DNA from: a bacterium
GTDB taxonomy: Bacteria; 4484-113; JAFGCY01
Length of the DNA: 64,000 nt
Assembly: GCA_020440605.1 (NCBI GenBank)
Contig: JAGRNT010000005.1
Location: forward strand, 128,404 to 192,403
Direction: 5' to 3'
The position numbers and the translations under genes are program-made. The notes under the pieces are model-generated. The model saw nothing but the letters and a program-made list of their open reading frames with translations, made no database searches and was not told the DNA's origin. This document shows positions 53,401-63,091 of this stretch, in pieces; within the stretch, counting starts at the first letter, position 1; each line of letters starts with the position of its first letter.

Positions 53401-53498
53401 GAGACAGCGGAGGAGCCGTTGTCAACCGTCCCGTTGCGGCCGGTACAGGCGCTGAGCAGCAGGCTCAGTAGCAGGGCAATTGTCAGGATGAAGCGCAT
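50415..53498 (-). CDS. large surface lipoprotein: shared N-domain, carboxypeptidase-regulatory-like domain, then 4-5 PPC-type domains (paralog A)
   Basis: MRFILTIALLLSLLLSAC lipobox. ISDYASGRWDWLG motif. CarbopepD_reg-like block GYVTDLAGNPLQGALVTTN. Repeated EPN[ND]…DYY… PPC signatures. No catalytic domain seen. Confidence 0.7.
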   Translation of the reverse strand: MRFILTIALLLSLLLSACTGRNGTVDNGSSAVSQPEQLPEAEIFRAGLPMDGSFSPTRVPAVSSLSLAGADFEEASSGVGINAESAQFSAAGDIEYAIWRFAGTPQDSVGLVNIAISSAQPGTELSVGISDYASGRWDWLGSAAGGANFEADAAGSPGQHSSPAGFIYVALVATPGSDFSADTVTIEYLLRHDLSGYVTDLAGNPLQGALVTTNLSDPQQVFSGADGSFELNGIPDGNWAVMATLAGWVQPLDGLQVTVSGGDLDNVEIRLVPQTWGFSGQDPHEPNNELENAFHVPGSLISGGYISALDDRIDNIGFDIPAEGWYYLEMRSAETVLFPLIQLYLDQRHAAARSSDILSGANWVGYYFPEAGSYIAQITCEAGGGSYELELISGETSKLSGKLADSGLPGDGGDGQEEELANTVIELDVDGTLCQLLSFSNGAFEHDYIPPQQVQITPRHPHHSFNPTDFSYDFAADDLLDLDFNITTIAPIDPAEPNDTFGEATVLSLPLTAPVEGWLGGKDATGDDYVDWYRFNVQEGRHVYARVQFPGHDLADPDDVGFMALQTSGEVSLGMESAVSETGNAIRSRDPLPAGVYYLMVFYNGDLRNYALDVFDFEARTLTAQISLKDQPLDHGEIHWRSIDGVFADNLDIEADSVEIGLPLYDGEQILLSYQAFGLQFSPSSHWVEINGDTLAAAAADYDDDALESNDGHDTAAVLEGLPQEIIATLSEETDTLDYYLLTGMDTAPLVFTLQTDDPDNRVSLQLESADGTYTYRGNDLRDGQNFYAPVVGGLDYELRLSASGGDGAYSLTIAKSEKELYRIHGTLDHGKPGESYGELYVLNHTTGSLVRLFSPDYDLGYYPVGSYQIEMFVANHDVSPAGKVSVELIDKDEQVDFTASYNNHDFGEPNNSRATATPVSLPLDINASTDFADINAAGGNDLNDYYAVQPAADGVLQVTLKTWRDEPLIVYMRIIDDASGTVLAHGRIVDSDGTQLMRLPVVAGHEYAVLVSSSSDLEYNLNMLID

Positions 53499-53614
53499 GT
53501 CAGTCTCCCGGGCTGGTTCCGCACGCCTGGCAGGCGCATCATGCCTATCCTAACAGAGGATGCGGCGGCATGCGATGCGGCGGGCCAGCAGGCTGCACGG
53601 TTCGTGCCGTCAAC

Positions 53615-56600
53615 TCAGAATACGTAGCCGGCCGTCAGGTCATACTCCAGGTCCAGGCCATTGCTGATGATGATGTAGTAGGTCTTGCCGCTGATCACCG
53701 GGTAGCGGATCAGCTGCTCGCCGGTGCCGGCATTGCGCTTGCCGCTGCTGACGGTGCTGGACCAGATATCCTGGGCCAGTACAACCCGGAATCCCGAGGC
53801 CCAGTCCGCAGCGGGCAGCACCGTGATCTCGAACACACCATCGCTGGCCGCCGTGAACCTGTAGTAATCGGCGTTGTCATTGCCCGGCCCGGCATCATTG
53901 TCATAGTCCAGAGTGGCGTGCAGTGCAGCCGGAATCGTCAGCTCGTAGGCCACACCGGAGTTGTTGTTCGGTTCGCCGAAGTCGTGGTCCACGTGCACGG
54001 CACTGAAGTTCTGAACTACGTCTGCATTGGTCAGCGTGATCGTGGTCTTGCCGGCGGGTGTGACGCTCTTGTTGGCCACCTGCCATTCCACCTGGTAACT
54101 GCCTGCCGGGTACCAGCCGAGGGTGTAGTTGCCGAGCGTCACCGGATTGACGGTGATGCCCGCGGTATGGTTGACAACATAGGTGGTGAAGGCCTGCTCG
54201 CCGGGTACTCCGGTGTCGATGCTGCCGCTGATCCTGTAGACCGGTGCCGTCGACTCACGGATGCGCAGCCTGTATGCACACTCACCCTCGGTTCTGGCGC
54301 TGACCTTGAAGCGGTAGTCATCCGCGTTCTCCGCCCTGATGAAGCAGTGCAGGTCTCCCTGCTGATCACAGCTGAACACATTGGTGCTGGTGGAGACGCG
54401 CGATACCGTGAATTCAGTGTGGCAGTCCTGGTCGGACACTTCGAGGAATATCTCAAGCGCCTCACCGTCCAGGCCGTTGATCTGGTAGCTGTCGCTGTTG
54501 TCAGTGCTGCTGCTGGTTGAGGCATTCAGGTCAACGGGCAGCGTGAGTTCCTTGCTGCTGCCCGAACTGTAGTTCTCCTCGAGACTGTCAAGGTCATAAC
54601 TGATCAGCGGTGTCAGGTTGATGTCATCGCCGCTGAATTCGACCCACTCGGAGGGTGGATCGAATTGCAGACCGAAGCGGTTGTAGTCGAGCAGTGCACG
54701 CTCCCCATCCATGAACAGGTAGTAGAACTCACACAGGCCATTCGCCGCACTCTGCACCTCGTACCAGCTCTGGTCTGCGGTCAGCATGCGGGCGGAGCCG
54801 TATTCAAGCGGGTCGCCGTCGATTGTCATCCCGACAGTCAGCAGGCGGGGCTCGAATTCCGTCAGCTCCAGTTCATAGCGCATCACCGGACCTTCCATGA
54901 ACACCCGCAGGTAGTAGGTCCCGGCGGCCAGCGGATCAGAGCTCCGCTTGTGCAGGATGAGTTCCGAATAATTGTCAGTGGGCACATTGTTCTGGCTTTC
55001 GTCATACAGGTCGATGTACCCTGCATCCGGATATGAACCCGGCCCGTTCTCGGGGAAGCGGACCCTGGCCATCAGGTGCTTGCCACCCTGCACCTCGAAC
55101 TTGTAGAAGTCGTAGGAATCATCATTGGTCAGCTCAAAGCCGCCGATCCAGCCCTCCAGCGGCTCCGCCAGCGGCAGGTTGAGTACGCTGGCCTCGGCGA
55201 AGTCGTCGTTCGGCTCCAGATCGTCAACAGGTGCAGCGGCCGAGACATTGAAGTCAAAGCCGCTCAGCGGCCCGCCGGAGAAGTCATGCACCACGAAGGG
55301 CGGGTCAAAGGTGTAGAGCGGGCTGAGCGGTGTGATGGTTGCCATCACGGGCGGGATGTGGTTATGCACCATGGTCCCGGTGCCGGAGCTAGAGGCGTAA
55401 CCATGTACGTCATCAAAGGAGATCTCCACCGTGGTCATGTAGAGTTCCTCGTACAGGCCGTCACCGCCGTCACCGACGCTGCCGTCATCTCCGAGGTAGA
55501 CATCCATCTTCTGCGTCTGGCCGGCGTGCAGGCTCAGGCTGTACTGACCGCCGCCGCCCTCGCAGCCCAGCTCCACCACGTAGTTGCCTGCACGCGGGAA
55601 GTAGTAGCCGAGCCAGTTCGCGCCATACACGGAGGATGAACAGGCAACGGTGTCCAGGTAACTGTCAACATGCATGGTGAGGCTCGGGAACAGGATGCTG
55701 TCATTGCCCTCGTACTGGATGTAGTACCAGCCCTGGGCGGGTACCTGGAACTGGTAGAAGTCCTTGGGGTCGTCGAGGATGCTGATCGTGGCGCTCGGCG
55801 GGCTGCCGCCGGTGTCGCTCGCGTTGTCATACAGGTTGTTCGGTTCGTAGGGGTCGTCGCCGACCCAGCCGCTGACCTGCGGGTTGCCGCGCAGCTCTAG
55901 GCCGTCGACATTGGCATCGGCGACGTTGACAGTCAGCATCGCAGGGCTGAACTGGTAGCCGTCCAGGGCAACCATCACGGTCCAGCTGCCATTCGGGATG
56001 CCGTGCAGCGTGAAGCCCCCGCTCGGTCCGGACAGCACCGGTTCCGAATCCAGCAGGTTCGTGGTGATCAGTGCCATGCCCAGCGGCTGGTCCAGCATGT
56101 CGAGCACGACGCCGCTCACGTCGTAGCGCTGCAGGTACTCGATCGACACATCGTAGACACTGAAGGCCACGTCGCTGTCCGCCAGCACCGCCACATAGAT
56201 ATAGCCTGCCGGGGAGCTGTGCTGGCCTGCATTGCCATTGAGCTGGAACTGGAATTCCTCCCCTTCCGCCGCATGCCCGATCCAGTCCCAGCGCCCGCTG
56301 GAGTAGTCCGCCACGGCAACCCAGAAGCTCGTGCCGGGGCCGCCGTCGCCATATTCAACCAGCACGCTGCCAACGCTGTCTGCGGGTGTGCCGGCGAAGC
56401 GCCAGAGCCCGTACTCGACGGCTCCGGCCGGTGCAAACTCCGCATCCAGGCCACTGGCCGTCACGTTGGCGGAGGCCTCGTGGAACTCACTGCCGGACTG
56501 GGACAGGCTGGAGACGGCCGGCACGCGCACGGAGTTGAATTCCCCGTCCAGCGGCAGGGCCGCACTGAAGATCTCCGGTGCGGCATTGCCATCCTGCAGC

Positions 56601-56707
56601 ACGGCGGGAATCAGCCTGGCTTCACTGAGCGTCGGGCGTTCAGTGCCACCGCCGCAGGACACCAGCAGCAGTGCCGGCAGCAGCCAGCAGATCAGCAGTC
56701 TGTTCAT
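53615..56707 (-). CDS. large surface lipoprotein with PPC-type domains (paralog B)
   Basis: ATG at 56705-56707 (MNRLLICWLLPALLLVSCGGG). Same architecture as paralog A (VADYSSGRWDWIG; EPNNLYDNA; EPNDDFAEASVL…DSYDFYKF). Confidence 0.7.
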   Translation of the reverse strand: MNRLLICWLLPALLLVSCGGGTERPTLSEARLIPAVLQDGNAAPEIFSAALPLDGEFNSVRVPAVSSLSQSGSEFHEASANVTASGLDAEFAPAGAVEYGLWRFAGTPADSVGSVLVEYGDGGPGTSFWVAVADYSSGRWDWIGHAAEGEEFQFQLNGNAGQHSSPAGYIYVAVLADSDVAFSVYDVSIEYLQRYDVSGVVLDMLDQPLGMALITTNLLDSEPVLSGPSGGFTLHGIPNGSWTVMVALDGYQFSPAMLTVNVADANVDGLELRGNPQVSGWVGDDPYEPNNLYDNASDTGGSPPSATISILDDPKDFYQFQVPAQGWYYIQYEGNDSILFPSLTMHVDSYLDTVACSSSVYGANWLGYYFPRAGNYVVELGCEGGGGQYSLSLHAGQTQKMDVYLGDDGSVGDGGDGLYEELYMTTVEISFDDVHGYASSSGTGTMVHNHIPPVMATITPLSPLYTFDPPFVVHDFSGGPLSGFDFNVSAAAPVDDLEPNDDFAEASVLNLPLAEPLEGWIGGFELTNDDSYDFYKFEVQGGKHLMARVRFPENGPGSYPDAGYIDLYDESQNNVPTDNYSELILHKRSSDPLAAGTYYLRVFMEGPVMRYELELTEFEPRLLTVGMTIDGDPLEYGSARMLTADQSWYEVQSAANGLCEFYYLFMDGERALLDYNRFGLQFDPPSEWVEFSGDDINLTPLISYDLDSLEENYSSGSSKELTLPVDLNASTSSSTDNSDSYQINGLDGEALEIFLEVSDQDCHTEFTVSRVSTSTNVFSCDQQGDLHCFIRAENADDYRFKVSARTEGECAYRLRIRESTAPVYRISGSIDTGVPGEQAFTTYVVNHTAGITVNPVTLGNYTLGWYPAGSYQVEWQVANKSVTPAGKTTITLTNADVVQNFSAVHVDHDFGEPNNNSGVAYELTIPAALHATLDYDNDAGPGNDNADYYRFTAASDGVFEITVLPAADWASGFRVVLAQDIWSSTVSSGKRNAGTGEQLIRYPVISGKTYYIIISNGLDLEYDLTAGYVF

Positions 56708-56756
56708 GCTTTGAACCTCAGTATTCTGTACAGCACACTGTCCGGTGCAGGCCCGC

Positions 56757-59700
56757 TCAGAAACGGTAGCCTGCCTCCAGATCGTATTCCAGATCGTCGG
56801 CATTGTCGACGATGATGTAGTAGAGCATGCCGGCCTTGACCGGGTAGCGCATCAGCTTCTGACCGTTGAGCGGGTTGCGCTTGCCGGCGTTGACGAAGTT
56901 GAAGCGGGTGCCCTCCGAGAGCTTCACGTCGAAGCCGCCGTACCAGTCGGCATCGGGCTGGACGGTGATCTCGAATGCCCCGTCGGTGGGGGCTGTGAAC
57001 TTGTAGTAGTCAATCCGGTCGGCTGTGATGGCGGAATCATTGTCGTCATCCAACGTGGCATGCAGGCTGGCTGGCAGCGTCAGTTCGGTGGCGCTGCCCG
57101 AGTTGTTGTTCGGTTCACCGAAGTCGTGGTCCGCATTGCTCGCCGTAAAGTCCTGCAGCACATCCGCATTGCTGAGCACGATCGTGGTCTTGCCGGCCGG
57201 CACGAAGCTCTTGTTCGATCCCTGCCACTCGATCTGGTAGCTGCCGGCGGGCAGCCAGCCCAGGCTGTAGCTGTCGGCAAATGGCAGCACCGCCAGGCCC
57301 ATCGTATGATTGACGACATACATGCGGGAGGTGCTTTCGCCGGGAACGCCCGGGTCCAGCGTGCCGCTGATCCTGTGGACGGGCTCCGCGGCCGCATTGA
57401 CCCTGAGCTGGTATTCACTCTCACCGTAGCCGAGGCTCGAGACAATCACCATGTAGTCGTCAGCCGTCTCGGCCTTCAGCCAGCACTGCAGGTTGCCACT
57501 GTGCTGGGTGCGGAACAGCGGAATGCCGTCCGCCAGCGCCATGATATTGATTTCATAGCCCCAGTCGGGGTCGACCGGATCCACAAGGATCTCCAGTTCC
57601 TCGCCGTCAAGTCCCTTAAGCACGTAGAAGTCCTGATGGTCGTCGCCACTGCTGGCGGAGGCATTGATGTCCACCGGCAGGCTCAGTTCCTGCACGTAGC
57701 TGTTGCTGTCATTTGCCTCATTGCTGTCAGTACTCAGGGTGATGACCGGGTCAAGCAGCACGTCGGAGCCATTGAATTCCACCCATTCGTAGGGCGGATC
57801 GAAATCCAGGCCGTAGCGCTGATGGCTGACCAGCACACGCTCGCCATCCGCGAAGGGGTAGTAGAACTCAACCAGCCCGTCACTGGGCGTGGTGGATTCT
57901 GAGTAGCTCTGGTCGGCCGTGATGAAGCTGCAGGTGCCGTGCAGCAGCGGCAGGCCGTCGAGGAAGTAGTCGGCACTGAGGAAGCGCGCCTCGAATTCCC
58001 GGATCTCCAGTTCATATGGCATCACCGGGCCTTCCATGTACAGGAAGACGTAGTACGTGCCGGCATCCAGCGGGTCCAGGGTGCGGATATGCAGTACGGA
58101 GTCGGAGTATGACTCAACGCTGATGTAGTTCTCCGCGGAGTCATAGAGCTCCAGGGCGCCGGCATCCGGGAAGTAGTGGGGGGCATTCTGCGGGAAGCGT
58201 ACGCGCACCATCAGGTCCATGCCCTGCTGCACCTCGAAGCTGAACACATCCACGGTGTCGCCATTGGTCAGGTCAGCGCCGCCGATCCAGCCCTCCACCG
58301 GCGCGCTGAGCGGCAGGCTCAGCGGGGTGGCCGCTGGGAAGTCGTCATTGGGCTCCATGCCGTCAGCAGGAGCAGTCGCGCTCATGTTGAAGTCCTGATT
58401 CGCCAGCGGACCGCCGGCGAAGTCATGCACCACACTGGGCGGATCGAAGGTGTAGATCTCACTTTGCGGCGTGATCGTACCGCTGTGCGGCGGTATGTAA
58501 CTGTGGGTGACCGCGCCATTGCTGAAGGAGGTGAGCCTGGCGCGCAGGCCGTCGATCTCCAGGAAGACTGCGCTGACGGCCAGCTCCTCGTACAGCCCGT
58601 CGCCGCCATCCCCGCTGGCACCGGTGTCAATCAGCTCCAGGCGCATGCTCTCGGTCCGGCCTGCCAGCAGGTTGATGGAGTAGCTGCCGCCCCCTCCCTC
58701 GCAGCTGAACTTCACGATGTAGCTGCCCTGGCGCGGGAAGTAGAAGCCCAGCCAGGTCGCGCCGCTCAGCACGGGGGAGCTGGAGAGCACGGTGATCCGG
58801 CTGTCAACGAGCAGCTCCAGGCGCGGGAAGAGGATCCTGTCGTCTCCGCTGTACTGCAGGTAGTACCAGCCCTCGTCCGGCACCTGGAATTCGTAGTAGT
58901 CCACGGGATCGTCAAGCACGCTGATCCAGGCCGTCGGCGGCGTGCCGGCGGTGTCAAACGCATTCTCGTAGAGGTCATTCGGCTCGTAGGGGTCATCCGC
59001 GACATGCTGCGTGGTATCGGGCCAGCCGCGCAGCAGCAGCCCATTCAGATCCGCTCCGCTGACAGTGAATTCCAGCGCGTCCGGGATGAAGACATACCCG
59101 TCCAGCGCCGCCATCAGATGCCAGCTGCCCTCGGGGATCCCGCTGAGCGTGAAGCTGCCGTCCGCCGCGCTATGGGTCTGGATCCCGTCGATCAGTTCCG
59201 TTGTCAGCAGCACGCCCTCCAGCGGGCGGTCCGCCATGTCCAGCACCACGCCGCTGATGCTGTAGCGGCTGGCATAGTGCAGGGTCAGATTGTCAACACT
59301 GAACTGGGCCGCGGCATCGGTCAGGACCGCGACGTAGATGTAGCCGGCCGGGGAGCTGTAGCGGCCCGGCGTGCTGTCCAGCGTCTCACTGAAGCCGTTG
59401 TCAGCGCTGGCCTGGGACAGCCAGTCCCAGCGGCCGCTGCCGTAATCGGCGAGCGCCAGCCAGTAGTCGGCACCGGCTGCGGCTCCGCTGACCGTGATGT
59501 CGATGCCGGACAAGGCATCCTGCGGCGTGCCGTAGAAGCGCCAGATCGCATACTCCACGCTGTCCAGCGGGCTGAACTGCGCGCTGTCCGTCTGCACCGC
59601 GACGTTCGTGCTGGAATCACTGAACAGGCTGCCGCTCTGGCTGACAGCGGCTTCGGCGCTGACGCGCTGCGGGTTGAAGCTGCCCTCATCCGGGAGGGCG

Positions 59701-59846
59701 GCGTTGAACACGCCGGTGCCGGGAGCATTGTCAAGCACGGCGGCGGGCAGCAGCGCGGACTCAGCCCGCGGGGCAGTTTCCTTGCCGCCGCAGGCAGCCA
59801 GCAGCAGGCAAGGCAGCAGCAGTGCTGCCATGAGCAGTCGATTCAT
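56757..59846 (-). CDS. large surface lipoprotein with PPC-type domains (paralog C)
   Basis: ATG at 59844-59846 (MNRLLMAALLLPCLLLAACGG). LADYGSGRWDWLS; EPNDLYENA; EPNDDFPAATPL…. Confidence 0.7.
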   Translation of the reverse strand: MNRLLMAALLLPCLLLAACGGKETAPRAESALLPAAVLDNAPGTGVFNAALPDEGSFNPQRVSAEAAVSQSGSLFSDSSTNVAVQTDSAQFSPLDSVEYAIWRFYGTPQDALSGIDITVSGAAAGADYWLALADYGSGRWDWLSQASADNGFSETLDSTPGRYSSPAGYIYVAVLTDAAAQFSVDNLTLHYASRYSISGVVLDMADRPLEGVLLTTELIDGIQTHSAADGSFTLSGIPEGSWHLMAALDGYVFIPDALEFTVSGADLNGLLLRGWPDTTQHVADDPYEPNDLYENAFDTAGTPPTAWISVLDDPVDYYEFQVPDEGWYYLQYSGDDRILFPRLELLVDSRITVLSSSPVLSGATWLGFYFPRQGSYIVKFSCEGGGGSYSINLLAGRTESMRLELIDTGASGDGGDGLYEELAVSAVFLEIDGLRARLTSFSNGAVTHSYIPPHSGTITPQSEIYTFDPPSVVHDFAGGPLANQDFNMSATAPADGMEPNDDFPAATPLSLPLSAPVEGWIGGADLTNGDTVDVFSFEVQQGMDLMVRVRFPQNAPHYFPDAGALELYDSAENYISVESYSDSVLHIRTLDPLDAGTYYVFLYMEGPVMPYELEIREFEARFLSADYFLDGLPLLHGTCSFITADQSYSESTTPSDGLVEFYYPFADGERVLVSHQRYGLDFDPPYEWVEFNGSDVLLDPVITLSTDSNEANDSNSYVQELSLPVDINASASSGDDHQDFYVLKGLDGEELEILVDPVDPDWGYEINIMALADGIPLFRTQHSGNLQCWLKAETADDYMVIVSSLGYGESEYQLRVNAAAEPVHRISGTLDPGVPGESTSRMYVVNHTMGLAVLPFADSYSLGWLPAGSYQIEWQGSNKSFVPAGKTTIVLSNADVLQDFTASNADHDFGEPNNNSGSATELTLPASLHATLDDDNDSAITADRIDYYKFTAPTDGAFEITVQPDADWYGGFDVKLSEGTRFNFVNAGKRNPLNGQKLMRYPVKAGMLYYIIVDNADDLEYDLEAGYRF

Positions 59847-59901
59847 CTTCTGTACCTCTTTCATTCAGTCGGTGTGCCGGTGCAGGGTTCCGCACCGGGG
59901 A

Positions 59902-62900
59902 TCAGGGCAGATAGGCCACATCAAGCTGATAGCGCAGGTCCTGGCCATTGCTGACCCTCAGGAAGTAGGTCCGGCCTGCACCCACTTCATAACGGATCAG
60001 CCTGACGCCGGTTACGGGATCAATCCGGCCGTAGTTCACGTACAGTGGCCAGGAGTCCTCGGACAGGGTGAACGAGAAGGAGCCGGGGAAGCCGGGCCAG
60101 GGCGTGACACTGGCCTCGATCACACCGTCGCTGGGTGCCACGAAGGTGTAGTAATCACTGTAGTCCTGCTCCAGGCCGCCCAGGTAGCTGTTCTTGTAGT
60201 CCAGGGTGGCCTGCACCGTGGCGGGCAGGCTCAGCACGGCGGCGGCGCCGGAGTTATCATTCGGCTCCAGGCTGTCCTGGTCCAGATAGCTGGAGCTGTA
60301 GTTCAGTACCTCATCGGCATTGCTGATCGTCACTGTGGTCTTGCCCGGCGGCGAGATGCTGCGGTTGGCGATCAGCCACTGCACGTCGTAGCTGCCGGCC
60401 GGATAGAATCCCAGCAGGTAGCCGCCGCTGACTGCATCCGCGTAGTGTCCCGTCGTGTGGTTGATGACGTAGCAGCCGGTCAGGGGTTCCGTCGGCTCGC
60501 CGTTGTCAAGCGTGCCGCTGATGCTGAAGACCTCAAACTCCGCCTTGTTCACCTCCAGCAGGTAGGCGTGCTCTCCCTTGTGGTAGTTCCGGACCGCCAC
60601 GATGTACACGCCCGCGCTGTCCGCGCGGTAGTAGCTGGTGGTGTCCTCCGAGATGCGGTGCTCAATGTGCTGCGAATAGTTGTTCTCAGGATAGAACTGC
60701 AGGCTCAGTTCCGCACCATCATCAGCAGGAGCGAGCCGGATGCTGAGCGACAGCGGATCATCGAGCAGGATCCTGTAGTAGTCACTGGGGTCCGTATCGG
60801 TGCTGACACTGGCCTCGATCTGCACAGGCAGCTCCAGTTCAGGTTCCCCGGAAACGCTGGTATTCGGTTCCGCCTGGTCAAGGTCATAGCTCAGCAGCGG
60901 AGTCAGTTCGATGTCACTGTCCGTGAACTCCACCAGTTCAGAAGCTGGGGTGAAGCTCGTGCCGAAGCGTTCGTGGTAGACGAGTACGCGTTCGCCGGGC
61001 AGGAAGGGGTACTGCACCATTGCCGTCCCGTCGGGAGCACTGCTGTCAACATAGAGTTCGCCGCTCGGATAGAATTCCGCATGCAGGTCCACGCTGCGCT
61101 GGGGCGCACCGGCGATTTCATAGTAGGCGGACAGGTACAGGGCGTCGAAGGTCCGGACTTCGAGTTCGTACTGCATCAGCGAGCCTTCCATGAAGAGCTT
61201 GATGTAGTAGGTTCCGGCCGGCAGCGGATCCTGGCTGCGCAGCTCCAGGATCCCGTTGTTCAGGTCATAGGTGGATTCATTGCCGAAGCCGGAATCATAC
61301 AGATCGAGGCCGCCGCTGTCGGCAGCCTCGATATCCAGGTGGTCGGGGAAACGCACGCGGGCCAGCAGGTACTTGCCTTCCGGCACATCCACTCTGAAGT
61401 AATCGTAGTTGTCATCGTCCGTCACTCCGCCACCGCCGATCCAGCCCGCCAGCGGCTCCGCCATCGGCAGGCTCACGGGAGTGGCATCAGCGAAGTCGTC
61501 ATTCGGTTCCATCGCATCCACGGGAGCCGTTGCCTGCATGTTGAAGTCGAAGTCCTGGTCAGCGCTGCTGAAATCCAGCACCGTGCTTAGCGGGCTGAAG
61601 ACGTACAGCGGATCGACCGGCTTGAGCGTGACCTCCTCCGGGGGCAGGTGCTTGTTGTAAATGGTGCCGGTTCCCTGTGTGGTCATCTCACTGGTGAGCC
61701 CGCTGCCAATCGTGCAGAACATGCTGCAGTTGTAGAGTTCGTCGTAGATCCCGTCATCACCGTCGCCGGGATCGCCGCTGTCCCCCAGGTAGACATTCAT
61801 TTCCCGGGTGCGGCCGCTCTTCAGCTCGAGGCTGTATTCCCCGCTGCCGCCCTCGCATTTCACTTCCACGAAGTATTCCCCGGCCTTGGGGAAGTAGTAT
61901 CCGAGCCAGGTGGCTCCGCGCACGACGTAGAGGCAGCTGTAGAGCGTGGCGGTGCCCAGATCCGTGTAGATCGTGATGTAGGGGTAGAGGATGCTGTCAT
62001 CCCCGCTGTACTCGATGTAGTACCAGCCCGCGGAGGGCGCATTGAAGCGGTAGCAGTCAGTGTCATCGTCGAGTGCGGCGATCACGGCCCCTGTCAGCAT
62101 GCTGCCGCTGAAGTCCGCCGCATTCGTGTTGTAGTTGTTCGGTTCATAGGGATCGACCGGCAGCAGGCCGCCTGTGCGTGGCTTGCCCAGCAGCACGAGA
62201 TCAGTGACGTCCGCATCGCTGACGGTCACCATCATCGGCTCCGGCCAGAACTGCCAGCCCTGCAGCGTTGCCATCACGGCCCAGCTGCCGTTGGGAATGC
62301 CGTTCAGCGTGAAGCTGCCATCGGCGGCGGTCAGCACCTGCTGCGGGTCGGCGAGGTTCGTCGTGACCAGCACACCTTCAAGAGGCTTGTCCTCCAGGTC
62401 ACGCACGAAGCCGCTGAGGTTGTAGCGCTGCAGGTATTCAATGGCGACGCTTGCCACGCTGAAATCCGCACTGCCGTCGCTCAGCACAGCCACGTAGATG
62501 TAGCCGGCGGGCGAGCTGTGCTGGCCGGCGCTGCCTGCGAGATCGTCCGTGAAGCTGCTGCCCTCACCGGCGTTGCCACGCCAGTCCCAGCGTCCGCTGG
62601 AATAGTCCGCCACACCGACCCAGTAACTGCTGCCTGCTTCGGCTCCGCTGATGGACACGCTGATCGTACCGACGCTGTCCTGCACAGTGCCCTCGAAGCG
62701 GTAGATGGCGTACTCCACGCCGCCAGCCGGGCTGAAGCTGCCCAGATCGCCGATCGCGGCCACATTGGCACTGGCCTCCTGGAACTGCGCTCCCTTGCGG
62801 CTGAATACGGAAACGGCGGGGACCCGCACACTGGCGAATTCACCCTCAATGGGCAGGGCGGCCTGGAAGATCTCCGTGCCACCGGCCTGCTCCTCGATCA

Positions 62901-63012
62901 CCACCGGCGTGAGCCGGGCCTGAACGGCGGGCTCGCCCCCGTCCCTGCTTGCACCGCCGCACGCTGCCAGCAGCGCGAGGACGGGAAGCAGCAGTACTAG
63001 CAGTACACGCAT
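59902..63012 (-). CDS. large surface lipoprotein with PPC-type domains (paralog D)
   Basis: MRVLLVLLLPVLALLAACGG lipobox. VADYSSGRWDWRG; EPNNYNTNA; EPNDDFADATPV…. Confidence 0.7.
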   Translation of the reverse strand: MRVLLVLLLPVLALLAACGGASRDGGEPAVQARLTPVVIEEQAGGTEIFQAALPIEGEFASVRVPAVSVFSRKGAQFQEASANVAAIGDLGSFSPAGGVEYAIYRFEGTVQDSVGTISVSISGAEAGSSYWVGVADYSSGRWDWRGNAGEGSSFTDDLAGSAGQHSSPAGYIYVAVLSDGSADFSVASVAIEYLQRYNLSGFVRDLEDKPLEGVLVTTNLADPQQVLTAADGSFTLNGIPNGSWAVMATLQGWQFWPEPMMVTVSDADVTDLVLLGKPRTGGLLPVDPYEPNNYNTNAADFSGSMLTGAVIAALDDDTDCYRFNAPSAGWYYIEYSGDDSILYPYITIYTDLGTATLYSCLYVVRGATWLGYYFPKAGEYFVEVKCEGGSGEYSLELKSGRTREMNVYLGDSGDPGDGDDGIYDELYNCSMFCTIGSGLTSEMTTQGTGTIYNKHLPPEEVTLKPVDPLYVFSPLSTVLDFSSADQDFDFNMQATAPVDAMEPNDDFADATPVSLPMAEPLAGWIGGGGVTDDDNYDYFRVDVPEGKYLLARVRFPDHLDIEAADSGGLDLYDSGFGNESTYDLNNGILELRSQDPLPAGTYYIKLFMEGSLMQYELEVRTFDALYLSAYYEIAGAPQRSVDLHAEFYPSGELYVDSSAPDGTAMVQYPFLPGERVLVYHERFGTSFTPASELVEFTDSDIELTPLLSYDLDQAEPNTSVSGEPELELPVQIEASVSTDTDPSDYYRILLDDPLSLSIRLAPADDGAELSLQFYPENNYSQHIEHRISEDTTSYYRADSAGVYIVAVRNYHKGEHAYLLEVNKAEFEVFSISGTLDNGEPTEPLTGCYVINHTTGHYADAVSGGYLLGFYPAGSYDVQWLIANRSISPPGKTTVTISNADEVLNYSSSYLDQDSLEPNDNSGAAAVLSLPATVQATLDYKNSYLGGLEQDYSDYYTFVAPSDGVIEASVTPWPGFPGSFSFTLSEDSWPLYVNYGRIDPVTGVRLIRYEVGAGRTYFLRVSNGQDLRYQLDVAYLP

Positions 63013-63091
63013 CCGATATACCTCTCAATTCATCTATCCGTCCAGGGACAATCATTCTAACCGGCAGCGGACGGTCTGCCTTGGAAGGGGA